Shown in pieces: positions 20,161 through 31,629 of a stretch of 64,000 nt of DNA. The notes below the pieces were generated by a model. That model was given only the letters and a program-made list of their open reading frames with translations. It was not told where the DNA came from and made no database searches. How positions within the stretch are numbered: the first letter of the stretch is position 1; every line of letters begins with the position of its first letter. The stretch comes from Methanobrevibacter thaueri (GTDB lineage: Archaea; Methanobacteriota; Methanobacteria; Methanobacteriales; Methanobacteriaceae). The position numbers were made by a program, and so were the translations under genes. The DNA is taken from the NCBI RefSeq assembly GCF_015062915.1, contig NZ_SUTJ01000003.1:33525-97524 (forward strand), read 5' to 3'.

Positions 20161-23100
20161 ATGCCAGTAGATAAAGATATTAAAAAAGTATTAATTATTG
20201 GATCTGGACCTATTCAAATTGGACAGGCAGCAGAATTCGATTATTCAGGTTCACAAGCATGTAAATCACTAAGAGAAGAAGGAATTGAAACCGTACTCGT
20301 CAACAGTAATCCGGCTACAATCCAAACCGATTTGGGAATGGCGGACACTGTTTACACTGAACCTTTGACTCCTGAAGTTGTTGCAAAAATCATTGAAGAA
20401 GAAGATATTGACGCTATTTTACCAACAATGGGTGGACAAACCGGATTGAATATTGCAACAGGTCTTGGAGATTTAGGATTGCTCGAAGGAATCAAGGTTA
20501 TCGGTTCCGACGTACAGACAATCAAGGATGTGGAAGACCGTGACTTATTCGCAAACCTCATGGAAGAAATCGGTGAGGAAATTCCAAAATGTCATGCGGT
20601 TGAAAGTGTAGAGGATGCACTTAAGGCTGTAGAGGACATCGGTTACCCGGTCATTGTAAGGCCAGCATTCACATTAGGAGGAACCGGTGGAGGAATCGCC
20701 CACAACGAAGAGGAATTGATTGAAATCGCAAACCACGGATTGGACATGAGTTTCATCAACCAGGTATTAATCGACGAATCAGTTCTCGGATGGAAAGAGA
20801 TAGAGTTTGAAGTAATGAGGGATAAGGAAGACACCTGTATCATCGTATGTACCATGGAAAACATCGACCCTATGGGTATCCACACAGGAGACAGTGTTGT
20901 AGTTGCTCCTATTCAAAACCTATGCGACGAAACCATTCAAAAAATGCGTGACGCATCCATTAAAATCATCAGAGCATTAGGCATCCGTGGAGGATGTAAC
21001 ATTCAATTTGCCCTAAACCCTGAAACCGATGAGTACAAGGTTATTGAAGTAAACCCACGTGTATCAAGAAGTAGTGCACTCGCATCCAAGGCAACAGGTT
21101 ATCCTATCGCTAAAATTTCCTCAAAAGTGGCATTAGGACTCACTTTGGATGAAATCAAAAACGACATCACAAAAGAGACTCCTGCATCATTCGAACCGGC
21201 AATCGATTATGTGGTTATTAAAATCCCAAGATGGCCATTCGACAAGTTCAAAGGAATCAGCCGTGAAGTCGGAGTTCAAATGAAAGCTACCGGTGAAGTA
21301 ATGGCAATCGGAAGAACCTTCGAGGAAGCCTTCCAAAAAGCATTAAGATCACTTGACATGGGCTTTGACGGATTCGAATATATTGAATACACAGAAGATG
21401 ACTTGGCTCATCCGACAGATTTGATTTACTTCCAAATCTACTCAGCAATTAAGGACGGAATGGATATTGATAAAATCCGTGAACTCACAAAAATCGATAA
21501 TTTCTTCCTATACAAAATCAGAAACATCGTAAACTTTGAAAACGATGTGAGCGCTGACAAATTGGATGATGAAGATTACCTTAGAAAAGCAAAACAAATC
21601 GGATGTTCCAACAAACGTTTAGCAGACTTATCTGGTCAGACCGAAGAGTACATCAGAAACCTGCTCAACAAGTACAACATCAAACAATCATACAAGATGG
21701 TAGACACCTGTGCTGCAGAGTTTGAAGCTAAAACCCCATATTACTACAGCAGCTACGACAAAGGTAACGAGTTAACCTCAACCAACAAGAAGAAAGTGGT
21801 AATTCTAGGTGCAGGACCTATCAGAATCGGTCAGGGAATCGAATTCGATTACTGTTGTGTACACTCATCCCTCGCATTGAAAGAGGATGGAATCGAAACA
21901 ATATTAATCAACAACAACCCTGAAACCGTAAGTACCGATTATGACATTTCAGATAAACTGTTCTTCGAGCCATTGACATTTGAAGATGTTATGGGAGTCA
22001 TTGAACAGGAAAAACCTGACGGCGTTATCGTGCAGTTCGGAGGACAAACCTCAATCAACCTTGCAGTGCCACTGGCTAATGCAGGCGTAAAAATCCTCGG
22101 AACTCCATATGAAAGCATCGACAGGGTAGAAGACCGTGAACTGTTTGCAGATCTTCTTGAAAAATTACACATTCACCAAGCTCCATACGGAACAGCTAAC
22201 TCCTTTGAAGAGGCAAAGGCAATCGCTGAGAAAATCACATTCCCAGTGCTCGTACGTCCATCATACGTTATTGGTGGAAGAGCAATGGAAATCGTTTACG
22301 ACATGAACGAGCTTGAAGAATATATGAAAGAGGCCGTAAAGGTTTCACCTGACCACCCAATTCTCGTCGACAAGTTCCTTGAAGACGCCATTGAACTGGA
22401 TGTTGACATATTATGTGACGGTGAGGACGTATTCATTGCAGGAATCATGGAACACATTGAAGAAGCAGGTGTTCACTCAGGAGACTCCGCATGTGTAATA
22501 CCTCCACAGACAATACCGGAACACATATTGAACACCATCCGTGATAATTCAAGAAAACTGGCATTGGAATTGGATGTTAAAGGTTTAATGAATATTCAAT
22601 ATGCAGTCAAACTTGATGAGGAAATGGTATACATCATTGAGGCAAACCCTCGTGCAAGTAGGACCGTTCCATTCGTAAGTAAAGCTATTGGAGTGCCATT
22701 GGCAAAAGTGGCAACCTGGATTATGAACGGCGCAAAACTTAAAGACTTCGGATTAACCAAAGAGGTTAAAATCGACCATGTTGCCGTTAAAGAATCAGTA
22801 TTCCCATTCCTTAAACTTCCGGAATCCGACACTGTGCTTGGACCTGAAATGAAATCCACAGGTGAAAGTATCGGTATCGATGAAAGCTTCGGAATGGCAT
22901 TCTACAAGTCCCAGCTTTCAGCAGGTATGGAATTGCCTAAGGAAGGTAAGATATTCATCAGCGTAAAAGAATCCGATAAGAAAAAAATCAGACCAATCGC
23001 TGAAAAGGCAGAGACTTTAGGATTTAAGATAGCTGCAACTGCAGGTACCGGTGATGCAACAGGACTTGACAACATTGAAAAGGTCCTAAAAGTATCACAA

Positions 23101-23337
23101 GGATCACCTAACATTCGCGATTCAATACTCAACAATGAAATCGACTTGATTATCAACACATCTGAAGGTAAACAGTCTGCAAAAGACGGTTACATCATCA
23201 GACGTTTAGCTATTGAACTCGGTATACCTTATGTAACCACATTAGCTGGTGCAAGAGCTGTTTTGAATGCTATTGAAGCTGTTCAGAATAAGGAAATCAA
23301 TGTAAAATCTTTAAATGACTATGTTGATGGAGAATAA
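20161..23337 (+). CDS. carB: Carbamoyl-phosphate synthase large subunit
   Basis: [17 protein letters not shown], two ATP-grasp halves, [17 protein letters not shown]-terminal MGS domain; 1058 aa. Confidence 0.98.
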   Translation: MPVDKDIKKVLIIGSGPIQIGQAAEFDYSGSQACKSLREEGIETVLVNSNPATIQTDLGMADTVYTEPLTPEVVAKIIEEEDIDAILPTMGGQTGLNIATGLGDLGLLEGIKVIGSDVQTIKDVEDRDLFANLMEEIGEEIPKCHAVESVEDALKAVEDIGYPVIVRPAFTLGGTGGGIAHNEEELIEIANHGLDMSFINQVLIDESVLGWKEIEFEVMRDKEDTCIIVCTMENIDPMGIHTGDSVVVAPIQNLCDETIQKMRDASIKIIRALGIRGGCNIQFALNPETDEYKVIEVNPRVSRSSALASKATGYPIAKISSKVALGLTLDEIKNDITKETPASFEPAIDYVVIKIPRWPFDKFKGISREVGVQMKATGEVMAIGRTFEEAFQKALRSLDMGFDGFEYIEYTEDDLAHPTDLIYFQIYSAIKDGMDIDKIRELTKIDNFFLYKIRNIVNFENDVSADKLDDEDYLRKAKQIGCSNKRLADLSGQTEEYIRNLLNKYNIKQSYKMVDTCAAEFEAKTPYYYSSYDKGNELTSTNKKKVVILGAGPIRIGQGIEFDYCCVHSSLALKEDGIETILINNNPETVSTDYDISDKLFFEPLTFEDVMGVIEQEKPDGVIVQFGGQTSINLAVPLANAGVKILGTPYESIDRVEDRELFADLLEKLHIHQAPYGTANSFEEAKAIAEKITFPVLVRPSYVIGGRAMEIVYDMNELEEYMKEAVKVSPDHPILVDKFLEDAIELDVDILCDGEDVFIAGIMEHIEEAGVHSGDSACVIPPQTIPEHILNTIRDNSRKLALELDVKGLMNIQYAVKLDEEMVYIIEANPRASRTVPFVSKAIGVPLAKVATWIMNGAKLKDFGLTKEVKIDHVAVKESVFPFLKLPESDTVLGPEMKSTGESIGIDESFGMAFYKSQLSAGMELPKEGKIFISVKESDKKKIRPIAEKAETLGFKIAATAGTGDATGLDNIEKVLKVSQGSPNIRDSILNNEIDLIINTSEGKQSAKDGYIIRRLAIELGIPYVTTLAGARAVLNAIEAVQNKEINVKSLNDYVDGE

Positions 23338-23351
23338 TTATTCTCTATCAT

Positions 23352-23948
23352 TCAATTATTTTTATACAAGTATTCCTTGATGTTAATACCGCATGAAGGA
23401 CAATCTTCTTCTCCGATTTTCAACCTGCTTTTACACTTAGGACAGAAGTTGAGTTGTACTTTATATTCTTTTGTTTGGTCAATGACGATATTGACTTCAA
23501 GCCTTTCGGTGATGTTGGTGCTTAGGGCGCTCATATCCCAGTTGTTGTCCATTAAAATCTTTTTATAGTAAAACGCTTCGGTCATGCTGTCATAGTACCC
23601 GATGATGTCGTCACCCTTTTGAATGTAGAACTTTCTCATCTTATGGTTGAACAGTATTTCCCCTTCACGTTCGCTCTTGTTGATTTTGCTTCCCTTTATC
23701 CTGCCTTTTGGTCTTTTTTCAGGAAACGGAGGCAGTTCCATATTTTCATACTTGTTTTCAAGGTCACATTCAACAAGCAAATCATAGTCGAAATTACAAA
23801 AAAACAGTGCATCCCTTTCATATAAAGCATCAGATAACTTACTGAACTCTCCATAATCCTTATTGTTATATTTAACTCTGTATACATTACCTGTTTTTAC
23901 AATGTTCCTGTAAAAGTATCGTATTTCCTGAGAGTTAATAGCAATCAC
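23352..23948 (-). CDS. Hypothetical protein with two AP2-like beta-beta-alpha repeats and a C-terminal zinc ribbon
   Basis: Repeats YRVKYNNKDYGEFSKLSDALYERD and FYIQKGDDIIGYYDSMTEAFYYKK; CPKC...CPSC. Start codon uncertain (GTG inside the RBS, or ATT 23939). Confidence 0.7.
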   Translation of the reverse strand: MIAINSQEIRYFYRNIVKTGNVYRVKYNNKDYGEFSKLSDALYERDALFFCNFDYDLLVECDLENKYENMELPPFPEKRPKGRIKGSKINKSEREGEILFNHKMRKFYIQKGDDIIGYYDSMTEAFYYKKILMDNNWDMSALSTNITERLEVNIVIDQTKEYKVQLNFCPKCKSRLKIGEEDCPSCGINIKEYLYKNN

Positions 23949-24102
23949 CTTGATGGTTTATAAAAAGCAATGATAATCATGAATTCATGTTTCAAGCTTG
24001 TGTTCAAATTCATGCTTATTACAGTTTTACTATTGATTTTCAAATTAAATAAATTTAATGAATAAAAAAATACTTTAATAAAAAAAACCAGATTTTACTT
24101 TA

Positions 24103-25257
24103 ATGTTTACTATATCAAACGGAATTATTTTAAAAGGCCAGGATTTGCAGCCAGTTCGTGAAAACATTGTTGTTGACGATGGTAAAATCATTGAAATTGG
24201 AAAAGAGGCAAAAGAAGGTAAAATCATAGATGTTGATGGTGCAGTGGTTTGCCCATCATTTATTAATGGTCATATTCATATTGGCGATTCAATCATTAAG
24301 GATGAGGGTTATGGTCTTTCCCTGAGCGAAATGGTAAAGCCACCGAATGGTGTGAAGCATGTGGCCCTTTCAAATGCAAGCGATGATGATTTGATTGATG
24401 CCATGAGACAGTCAATGAAGGAGATGGCTGAATCAGGAACAACCCATTTCATAGACTACAGGGAAGGTGGAATTGAAGGCGTCAAGCTTTTGAAAAAGGC
24501 ATCTGCAGACTTGCCGATCAAACCTATTGTTCTTGGTCGTGACGACAGTTTCTATGGTGATGATCCTGACTTGGGCAAAGTCAGAAATGCAATCCGTAAG
24601 CTTTTAAAGATTGCCGATGGTATTGCGCCAAGCGGTTTTGGCGAAATAACCTCCGATGTTGCCAGACTTATTGTTGATGAATGCAATAGGCAGGGCAAGA
24701 TTTCATCAATTCATGTTGCAGAATCAGAATCCAATCAGATAGAGTCATTAAATGAGTTTAACATGACTGAAATCGCCAAGGGTGTGGATGCAGGGTTCAG
24801 TCAACTTGTTCATCTTACAAATCCCAAATCCAATGACTTGGAGGGGGTTTCAAAATCCATGCAGAACGTGGTAGTGTGTCCAAGGGCAAATGCAACATTA
24901 AACGTTGGAGTGGCTCCCTTAAACCGAATGGTTGACATGGGCATCCGTCCATTGCTTGGTACTGATAATGTAATGCTCAATTCACCTAACATGTTGAGGG
25001 AATTGGAGTTCAGCTTAAAGATAATGTCCGTTTATCATAAGAGTTACATTGACCCTAAAGAACTGTTGAAAATGGCAACAACAAACATTTGCGGCTTCAA
25101 CATTAACGATATTGTTCAAAAATCAATGATAAAAGTGGGCGATTTTGCAGAATTTATTGTTTTCAAATCTTTTTCTAAAAATCCTTACTTAAATATATGC
25201 AATCGCCAAGAAACGAAAAATATATTATATATCATTAACAAAAAATTTAGCATATAA
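24103..25257 (+). CDS. Metal-dependent amidohydrolase family protein
   Basis: NGHIHIGD (HxH), HVAES, VHLT, CPRAN and GTDN. Confidence 0.88.
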   Translation: MFTISNGIILKGQDLQPVRENIVVDDGKIIEIGKEAKEGKIIDVDGAVVCPSFINGHIHIGDSIIKDEGYGLSLSEMVKPPNGVKHVALSNASDDDLIDAMRQSMKEMAESGTTHFIDYREGGIEGVKLLKKASADLPIKPIVLGRDDSFYGDDPDLGKVRNAIRKLLKIADGIAPSGFGEITSDVARLIVDECNRQGKISSIHVAESESNQIESLNEFNMTEIAKGVDAGFSQLVHLTNPKSNDLEGVSKSMQNVVVCPRANATLNVGVAPLNRMVDMGIRPLLGTDNVMLNSPNMLRELEFSLKIMSVYHKSYIDPKELLKMATTNICGFNINDIVQKSMIKVGDFAEFIVFKSFSKNPYLNICNRQETKNILYIINKKFSI

Positions 25258-25295
25258 TATCATGGATATAAATCTATATATTATGGGAGATGTTA

Positions 25296-25721
25296 ATGAT
25301 GTATAATAAAATATTGGTCCCTACAGATGGGTCTGAATACGCAAAAAAAGCTCAAAAGCATGCTTTATTTTTAGCTAAAGTAAGCGGAGCTGAAATTGTG
25401 GCGGTGAGCGTCACAGAAAATAATTTTGTTAACGGACTTCCATTAGATGATGAAGTATACCAGTTAAATCAAATTCTCAATGAGAGGTCTGAAGAAAATC
25501 TCAAGGAATTTGACAAGTTAAATGAAGACGATTTAAAAATTACTCATGTGGTTAGAGAAGGTTCACCTGCTAAGGTTATCTTAGAGGTTGCAAAAGAAGA
25601 GGCCGTTGACTTGATCGTAATGGGTAGTTCTGGTAAATCTGGTTTTGATAGATTTATTATGGGCAGTGTAGCAGACAAGGTTGTAAATTCAGCCAAATGT
25701 GCAGTGCTTGTAGTTCATTAG
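25296..25721 (+). CDS. Universal stress protein (UspA family)
   Basis: KILVPTDGS, DLIVMGSSG and MGSVADKVV. Confidence 0.92.
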   Translation: MMYNKILVPTDGSEYAKKAQKHALFLAKVSGAEIVAVSVTENNFVNGLPLDDEVYQLNQILNERSEENLKEFDKLNEDDLKITHVVREGSPAKVILEVAKEEAVDLIVMGSSGKSGFDRFIMGSVADKVVNSAKCAVLVVH

Positions 25722-25760
25722 TTTTACCATTTTATTATTGTAAATTGTAAAGGTGTTTTT

Positions 25761-26600
25761 ATGTTAGTTAAAAGAACAATGTCTAAAAATGTAGTAAGTG
25801 TTTCCGTTCCAGGTAACAGAGAAAAAGTTTTAGACTTAATGAGAAAAGAAAACAAAGCAGTGCTTCCTGTAGTTAAAGAAGATACTGATATTTTAGTAGG
25901 ACTAGTAACTCGTTCTGATTTAATTAATAATCCTGATGAAGAGCAAATTGCAATGTTAATGACCAGAGATTTAATCACTGTTAAACCTGGTGACGATGTA
26001 GTGGATGCTGCTCGTCTTATGATGGAGAATAATGTTAGAAGAGTTCCTGTTGTCAATGATGATGGCGAATTAGTTGGTATCATCACCTCTTTTGACTTGG
26101 TATCTAAAGCTTTAACTAAAATTGAAGTAAACGATGCAGTTGAAAATTATATGATTACCACTGTTCCGACAACTTGGGAAAAAGCTCCATTGAATGTTGC
26201 TTTTGAAACTATGAATCAATTCGGATTAAAATCTGTTTTAGCATTGGATGATGATGCTAAATTATCAGGAATTTTAACTGAAACCGATTTCATTTCCGAA
26301 ATTGAAATAATCTCTGAAAGAAGCGAACACAGTTCTACTGTTGGTACTGAAGGGGACAAATGGTCTTGGGACAGCACTTCCGTATTGTACATTGAGAAAA
26401 ACCACTTGAAATTCACAGACAAAGTGGTTAGTGATGTTGCTGTTGGAAATGTGGAAGTAGCAAACTCCAAAACTAAAGTTTCTGACTGTGCTAAAAAGAT
26501 GAAATCCTTAAACATTGAGCAAATTCCTGTAATCGGTGTTGAAGGAGATTTAGTGGGACTTGTAAGAGCAAGTGACTTAATCAAAGCATTAGTTGAATAA
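25761..26600 (+). CDS. CBS-domain protein (two CBS pairs)
   Basis: LPVV...LVGLVT, VRRVPVV...LVGIIT, IEQIPVI...LVGLV. Confidence 0.9.
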   Translation: MLVKRTMSKNVVSVSVPGNREKVLDLMRKENKAVLPVVKEDTDILVGLVTRSDLINNPDEEQIAMLMTRDLITVKPGDDVVDAARLMMENNVRRVPVVNDDGELVGIITSFDLVSKALTKIEVNDAVENYMITTVPTTWEKAPLNVAFETMNQFGLKSVLALDDDAKLSGILTETDFISEIEIISERSEHSSTVGTEGDKWSWDSTSVLYIEKNHLKFTDKVVSDVAVGNVEVANSKTKVSDCAKKMKSLNIEQIPVIGVEGDLVGLVRASDLIKALVE

Positions 26601-26610
26601 TTGTGATAAG

Positions 26611-27072
26611 ATGGCGGTTAGTCCAGTATTAGTGATTAAAACAGACGACAGTGTTGTAGGCGTTCGTGCAAGATTATATGATGATTTTTCCGAACACAAC
26701 ATTGTTTTGAATTCTGTCATCACTTATTGGTGGGCAAATAACATGCCGCCTGCTTTAAAATTTTTAGAGCTTTTTGATTCTGTAATCAAAAGAACAATTA
26801 ATGAGATCATGCCTCATAAAACTTTGGAACTGAAGTATGAGGTCAATGCCAATCAAAATTTAGAAAAAGCTTCTGAAATTGAAATCAAATTGATTTCTGT
26901 AGTTGCAGATGAAGTTGGATTTAAGATTGATGGCGGTTCATTTTCCCTGGAAGGAATCCGTAAGGTTGAAGATGACTTTGAAGTTAAGGAATTTTCAACA
27001 ACCTTCGATCAAGTAATTGAAACTCCTGACATTGTTTTGAAAAAATATAGGGAAATGGAAAACAAGAATTAA
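26611..27072 (+). CDS. Conserved hypothetical protein
   Basis: ATG 26611 just after the CBS gene; operon-like arrangement; T-rich tract downstream. Confidence 0.7.
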   Translation: MAVSPVLVIKTDDSVVGVRARLYDDFSEHNIVLNSVITYWWANNMPPALKFLELFDSVIKRTINEIMPHKTLELKYEVNANQNLEKASEIEIKLISVVADEVGFKIDGGSFSLEGIRKVEDDFEVKEFSTTFDQVIETPDIVLKKYREMENKN

Positions 27073-27245
27073 TTCTCATTAATTCTCATCTATTTTTTAG
27101 GAATTTTAATCCTATCGTTTAATTGAATAATCAATTAATTATAATAATGGTTTATGAAATTGTTTTCATTTATTTTGATGTAGATTTATTTTAATGAATT
27201 GCTTTTTTAATATTTAGGAATTGTTTTTGGTGAAGCTATATCAAC

Positions 27246-27902
27246 TCATTCATTAACATAATTTTTAATGTATTCAAGCAATTCCTTTGCGTCATGTTTT
27301 TTGATGTCTTCGCTTTCACGGATAAAATTGATTAATTCATTTTTCTTATCCTCATCCAAGTCGGACTCGGACAGTGTTTTTGCATAGTTTCTTTTTGGAT
27401 AAAAAGTTTCCTTTGAGATTTGGACAAGCTCATCCTTTTCATTTTCTGTTATGATGCCTTCGGATACGGCATTGGTAAAGACATAATTCATGCTGATTAA
27501 AGGAACGGACAATGCTTCCAGGCTTTCGCTGTCAAGCATCACGGCAACGTCATCATCTGAATCAATCGCACCGCTTGCATACTGGTTATAGCAATAGCCT
27601 ATTCCAACCATTCCAAGACTGTCAAGTTCAGAGGCTCTTAAGGCACCCATGCTTGAAGCTCCAAATACCTTGACTCCCCTTTTCATCACATCAAGGATTT
27701 CCCTATGGCCCACGGCGGAATTTTGATGGAAAACTCCATCGATTATTCCAATAATGTCGGGATTTTCCTTAATGTCATGGCCCAGATCTCCCCTTTTGAT
27801 GGGTCTTTTGTAGATTACTTCAATATTGTCTGTTGAATCCAGAATTTCACGGGATTCATCAAATGAGAGTGACAGTCCTCCATAAATCAAAATCTTAACC
27901 AT
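27246..27902 (-). CDS. tfuA: TfuA, McrA glycine thioamidation partner
   Basis: RPIKRGDL, IIDGVF, GASSMGALRASEL, DDDVA and PKRNY; directly downstream of ycaO. Confidence 0.9.
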   Translation of the reverse strand: MVKILIYGGLSLSFDESREILDSTDNIEVIYKRPIKRGDLGHDIKENPDIIGIIDGVFHQNSAVGHREILDVMKRGVKVFGASSMGALRASELDSLGMVGIGYCYNQYASGAIDSDDDVAVMLDSESLEALSVPLISMNYVFTNAVSEGIITENEKDELVQISKETFYPKRNYAKTLSESDLDEDKKNELINFIRESEDIKKHDAKELLEYIKNYVNE

Positions 27903-27906
27903 AGTA

Positions 27907-29109
27907 TCATACTTTTAAAAATCTGTATCCTGCTCTTGTCGAATCAATTGCATAAACTTCCATTTCAGGTATTATCACGCGCACAACGCTGACATCCACT
28001 TCAGGTCTTGTCAAATCAGTGTATAGGATATGCTTGATGTCATTTCTAACCAGTTCGTCCTTAACGATTTCAATATCCTTCAATATTGAAGTGGTGGACT
28101 TGTTCTCAATTTCTGATAAATCAATTTGATTTTCCTCTTGCTGGAAATAATATTTGTTGATTCTTTTCATCCTCTCATATCCGGCTTCACGAGCAAAATC
28201 GGCTCTTACAGTGTCTTCACGAGCACCATTGATTTGTGTTGCCCTGCTTTGAGCCACTTCTGTAAGTGCCCTTAGGATTGCAACTTCAGGGTCAAGGTGT
28301 GTTCCGATACCGAGTGTCAGCAGTCCGGCATCTCTTGTTACTGTATCATCTGCTGATGCGGCGATTGTTGGAATATTTATGTCTGCTGTAAAGTCCATCA
28401 GCTTGATTTTAATGCCCTGTGATTCGAATTTATCGATTATTTCATTGATAAGCTCGCTTTCGATACTGTCAATGTTGATTTGTGAATAGTTCTTATGGGT
28501 CAGCTCGAAGATGCTCCACGCATCTCTTTCAATAACCTCAAATATTCCATGCAATATTGCCTCTTCAAGAACATTTCCAGAGGCAAGACCGTTTGTGTTT
28601 GATTTGAAAAGGCTTTGAACATCATTACCATGATTGTAAGGGTGGAAAACCGCATTTGACAAAACGTAATAGTCATTGTCGGAAATTATGTCATGAGCCA
28701 GACTCCATTCGAATGCGGTGTCGCTTAAATCTTCCTTTTCAAATTTCTGAGGCAAGTTCAGGGATTTAGGTTCAATATAATCTCCTTTATCAGCTATTTC
28801 ATCAGGTGTTGCGACAATGGTATCGTCGCTTTTCTGCTTTTCAGCTGAATACCTTTCAAAACCTTCCATCATTGCGGAGGCCTTGGCATGTTCCTTGCTG
28901 ATACCCTTTCCTCCGTAGATGCTGATTGCCCCATCCTCTGCAGTTGGCCTAATGGCTGTAAAGACAGGCATTCCAATTCTATCCAAGTCTGTAATGTCAG
29001 CCACACGAGTTATTCCAACGCTTTTAAGCTTATCCTCATTGATTTCAATTGTTTTTTTAGGGGCGATTACCCTGTGAGTTCCTTTAAAATATGTGAGTTC
29101 TTCTGTCAT
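27907..29109 (-). CDS. ycaO: YcaO, McrA glycine thioamidation enzyme
   Basis: GITRVADITDLDRIG, MMEGFERYSAE, SNTNGLASGN, EVIERDA and RALTEVAQSR; no Pro-rich azoline-type C-terminus. Confidence 0.92.
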   Translation of the reverse strand: MTEELTYFKGTHRVIAPKKTIEINEDKLKSVGITRVADITDLDRIGMPVFTAIRPTAEDGAISIYGGKGISKEHAKASAMMEGFERYSAEKQKSDDTIVATPDEIADKGDYIEPKSLNLPQKFEKEDLSDTAFEWSLAHDIISDNDYYVLSNAVFHPYNHGNDVQSLFKSNTNGLASGNVLEEAILHGIFEVIERDAWSIFELTHKNYSQINIDSIESELINEIIDKFESQGIKIKLMDFTADINIPTIAASADDTVTRDAGLLTLGIGTHLDPEVAILRALTEVAQSRATQINGAREDTVRADFAREAGYERMKRINKYYFQQEENQIDLSEIENKSTTSILKDIEIVKDELVRNDIKHILYTDLTRPEVDVSVVRVIIPEMEVYAIDSTRAGYRFLKV

Positions 29110-29110
29110 G

Positions 29111-29752
29111 TTACATTCCTAAAATCAATCTTACAATATTTTCAACACCCATAGTCATTGACATTAATGTCAGGATTCCGGCTATGGCTATTGTAATAAT
29201 CCAAATTCCAAAATTCCAAGTCAATACTTTTGATCCATCAAGGTTTCCAATAGGCAATAGGTTGAACACTGCCAGGAAGCTGTTCACTGAATAACCGACT
29301 GAACAGATTATGAAAGCCAGCAACATGTTACTGGAATAGAATGCTGATGGATAAACTGCTGTTGCAATTCCCAAAAAGACTAAAGCAAGTATAATATTAA
29401 CTATCGGTCCTGCAATAGAAATCTTTCCGTTAATCTCATCGGTCATGTAGTTTGCGTAGGTGTAAACCGCTCCCGGAGCAGCAAATACAAAACCGAAAAA
29501 TGATGTGACGAGCGCAAAAATCAGTCCTTGAGGCCATAATTTGAACTCGGCCCAGTATCCGTATTTCATTGAAACGAACTTGTGTCCGAGCTCGTGCAAA
29601 ATAAAACCTGCCCCTACGCCAACCATAACGATTGGCAGTATGGATAGAACTGCATTGGTGTCTCTTCCACCTTGCACTATTGCAAAACAGAGTGAAATAA
29701 CGAAAAATGCGATTATTAAATCTCTTACTTCACTGCTTGTAAATCTAAACAT
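29111..29752 (-). CDS. Site-2 protease family (M50) membrane metalloprotease
   Basis: HELGH, AGPIVN and FNLLPIGNLDG. Confidence 0.9.
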   Translation of the reverse strand: MFRFTSSEVRDLIIAFFVISLCFAIVQGGRDTNAVLSILPIVMVGVGAGFILHELGHKFVSMKYGYWAEFKLWPQGLIFALVTSFFGFVFAAPGAVYTYANYMTDEINGKISIAGPIVNIILALVFLGIATAVYPSAFYSSNMLLAFIICSVGYSVNSFLAVFNLLPIGNLDGSKVLTWNFGIWIITIAIAGILTLMSMTMGVENIVRLILGM

Positions 29753-29801
29753 AATGTTAAAATATCTAATTTTATATATAAAGTTTTTTCTAATATTAAT
29801 T

Positions 29802-30818
29802 ATGGACTTTCATATAGATAACATATTAAAAGATTTAACAAAGGATGATTTTGACGCTTATTTATTAACACAATTCACTAATGTCGAATACATATCCAAT
29901 TATAAACCAACCAGCTTTGCATTCTGCATAATCAAGGAAAATCCAATTATTTACGCATCCGGAATGGATATGGAATTGGCCAACAGGGACTCTCAAATAG
30001 AAGTCAGCCAATACGAGTCCTACGATGTCATGATAAAAGATTTGAAGGAGGATGGAATAAAAAACCTTGCAATCGAGCCAACTCTTCCATTCAGCACTTA
30101 TGTACGTTTTCGTGATGATTTCAAGATTGATGCAAAGACATACATTGACAAACAGAGGATGATTAAAACCCCACTGGAAATTGAAAAGATTACAAAAGCG
30201 ACCGAGATTGCTCAAAAGTCATTTTTACAGTTGGATATTTTGAATAATAACAACACTGAAAAGGAAGTTGCATTTGATCTTGTCCGTTACATGATTGAAA
30301 ATGGAGCATCTAAGGAATCATTTGACACTATCGTGACAAGCGGTTCCAATTCAAGTCTTCCTCATGCAATCCCTGAAGATAAAAAACTCGACAACCCAAT
30401 TTTGATTGACTGGGGAGCCATTTTCGAAGGGTACTGTTCAGACAACACTCGTACAATGGTTTACACAGAACACCAGCAGGAAATATGGGACATTGTGGCT
30501 GAATCCCATGACAAGGCCATAAAGGCGATTAAACCTGGAATGAAATGCTGTGAAGTCGATAAGGTTGCAAGAGATATCATTTCAGATTATGGATATGGCG
30601 ATAAGTTCATCCATTCCACAGGCCATAGTCTCGGTTTGGACATTCATGAAACTCCAGGATTTTCACCTCGTGACGAAACAGTCATTGAAGAGGGAATGGT
30701 CATAACGGTTGAGCCAGGAATATACCTGGAAGGCGAATTCGGGGTTCGTCTAGAAGATACCATATCAATTTCCAAAAAAGGTAATGTCATTGGTGACTTG
30801 CCGCTTGACATCGTATAA
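29802..30818 (+). CDS. Xaa-Pro aminopeptidase / M24B peptidase
   Basis: IDWGA, YCSDNTRT, HSTGHSLGLDIHE, TVEPG and GVRLED. Start moved to ATG 29802; the longer ORF overlaps the M50 gene. Confidence 0.92.
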   Translation: MDFHIDNILKDLTKDDFDAYLLTQFTNVEYISNYKPTSFAFCIIKENPIIYASGMDMELANRDSQIEVSQYESYDVMIKDLKEDGIKNLAIEPTLPFSTYVRFRDDFKIDAKTYIDKQRMIKTPLEIEKITKATEIAQKSFLQLDILNNNNTEKEVAFDLVRYMIENGASKESFDTIVTSGSNSSLPHAIPEDKKLDNPILIDWGAIFEGYCSDNTRTMVYTEHQQEIWDIVAESHDKAIKAIKPGMKCCEVDKVARDIISDYGYGDKFIHSTGHSLGLDIHETPGFSPRDETVIEEGMVITVEPGIYLEGEFGVRLEDTISISKKGNVIGDLPLDIV

Positions 30819-30857
30819 TTTTATATGATGAAATTAAATATGTTATAAATAGATATC

Positions 30858-31628
30858 ATGCCGGCAAATATTTTTAAAAGAGTTTGGGATTACAGTACGT
30901 ATAACATACCATTTCTCTTATTTGTATTTATACTGATATTGGCCTCAAACACAATTACGGATTTCTTCTTCAGGGAATTAGATAACACCATGGCCATGAT
31001 TATTCAATTCATGTTCAATATTGTATTGTGGGGTTATGGGATGCAGATAACCCGTGACAGGATTAATGGAGGCAAGAGATTGCCAAAACTGTTACCTAAA
31101 GTCATGCTGTCATTGGGAGTTAAGCTGGTCATTGTCTCTTCAGTTTATGTTTATGTTCAAGGGATAATTTTGGATTTCATATGCTCCCCTTTGAATTTCC
31201 AGACTTATGATTTGGAAGACATGCTATGGGATTTGCCCCATACCATTCATGAAATATATACTCATGACCCGGCAAGCCTTATAATTTTCTTTGTGGTCGG
31301 CACAATACTCTTTTACATCACAGCATTTTTCCTGGAAATTGCCATTGCCAAGCTGGCTGATACCGGCAGTATATTGGAAGCATTCAATCTCAAATCAATA
31401 TTCAGAAGCATTCATGCATGGGGATGGAAGAAGTATACGAAGGAATACACATTAATTCTCATTACAGTGACAATCCTATTTTATATTGGCATAATTCAAT
31501 TTGATATTCCTGTGATAGATTATGTTTTTGACACGTTTCTAATGTTTTTAATTTTTGTAACCCAATTCATGGGTATAGGTGCGGTATATGCCAAAATGAA
31601 AGCTGCCGAGGCTGAAAAATTAGAATGA
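30858..31628 (+). CDS. DUF4013-like membrane protein
   Basis: Multi-TM; LWGYGMQITRDRINGG...LP and AKLADTGSILEAFNL pattern. Confidence 0.7.
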   Translation: MPANIFKRVWDYSTYNIPFLLFVFILILASNTITDFFFRELDNTMAMIIQFMFNIVLWGYGMQITRDRINGGKRLPKLLPKVMLSLGVKLVIVSSVYVYVQGIILDFICSPLNFQTYDLEDMLWDLPHTIHEIYTHDPASLIIFFVVGTILFYITAFFLEIAIAKLADTGSILEAFNLKSIFRSIHAWGWKKYTKEYTLILITVTILFYIGIIQFDIPVIDYVFDTFLMFLIFVTQFMGIGAVYAKMKAAEAEKLE

Positions 31629-31629
31629 A

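Noticed and set aside
27246-29109. YcaO-TfuA as a thioamitide RiPP cluster
   Set aside because: No precursor peptide or tailoring genes are adjacent. In methanogens this pair is the established McrA thioglycine machinery.
29541-29801. N-terminal extension of the M24 peptidase ORF (425 aa)
   Set aside because: It overlaps the divergent M50 gene and an AT-rich promoter; the family-like sequence begins at ATG 29802.
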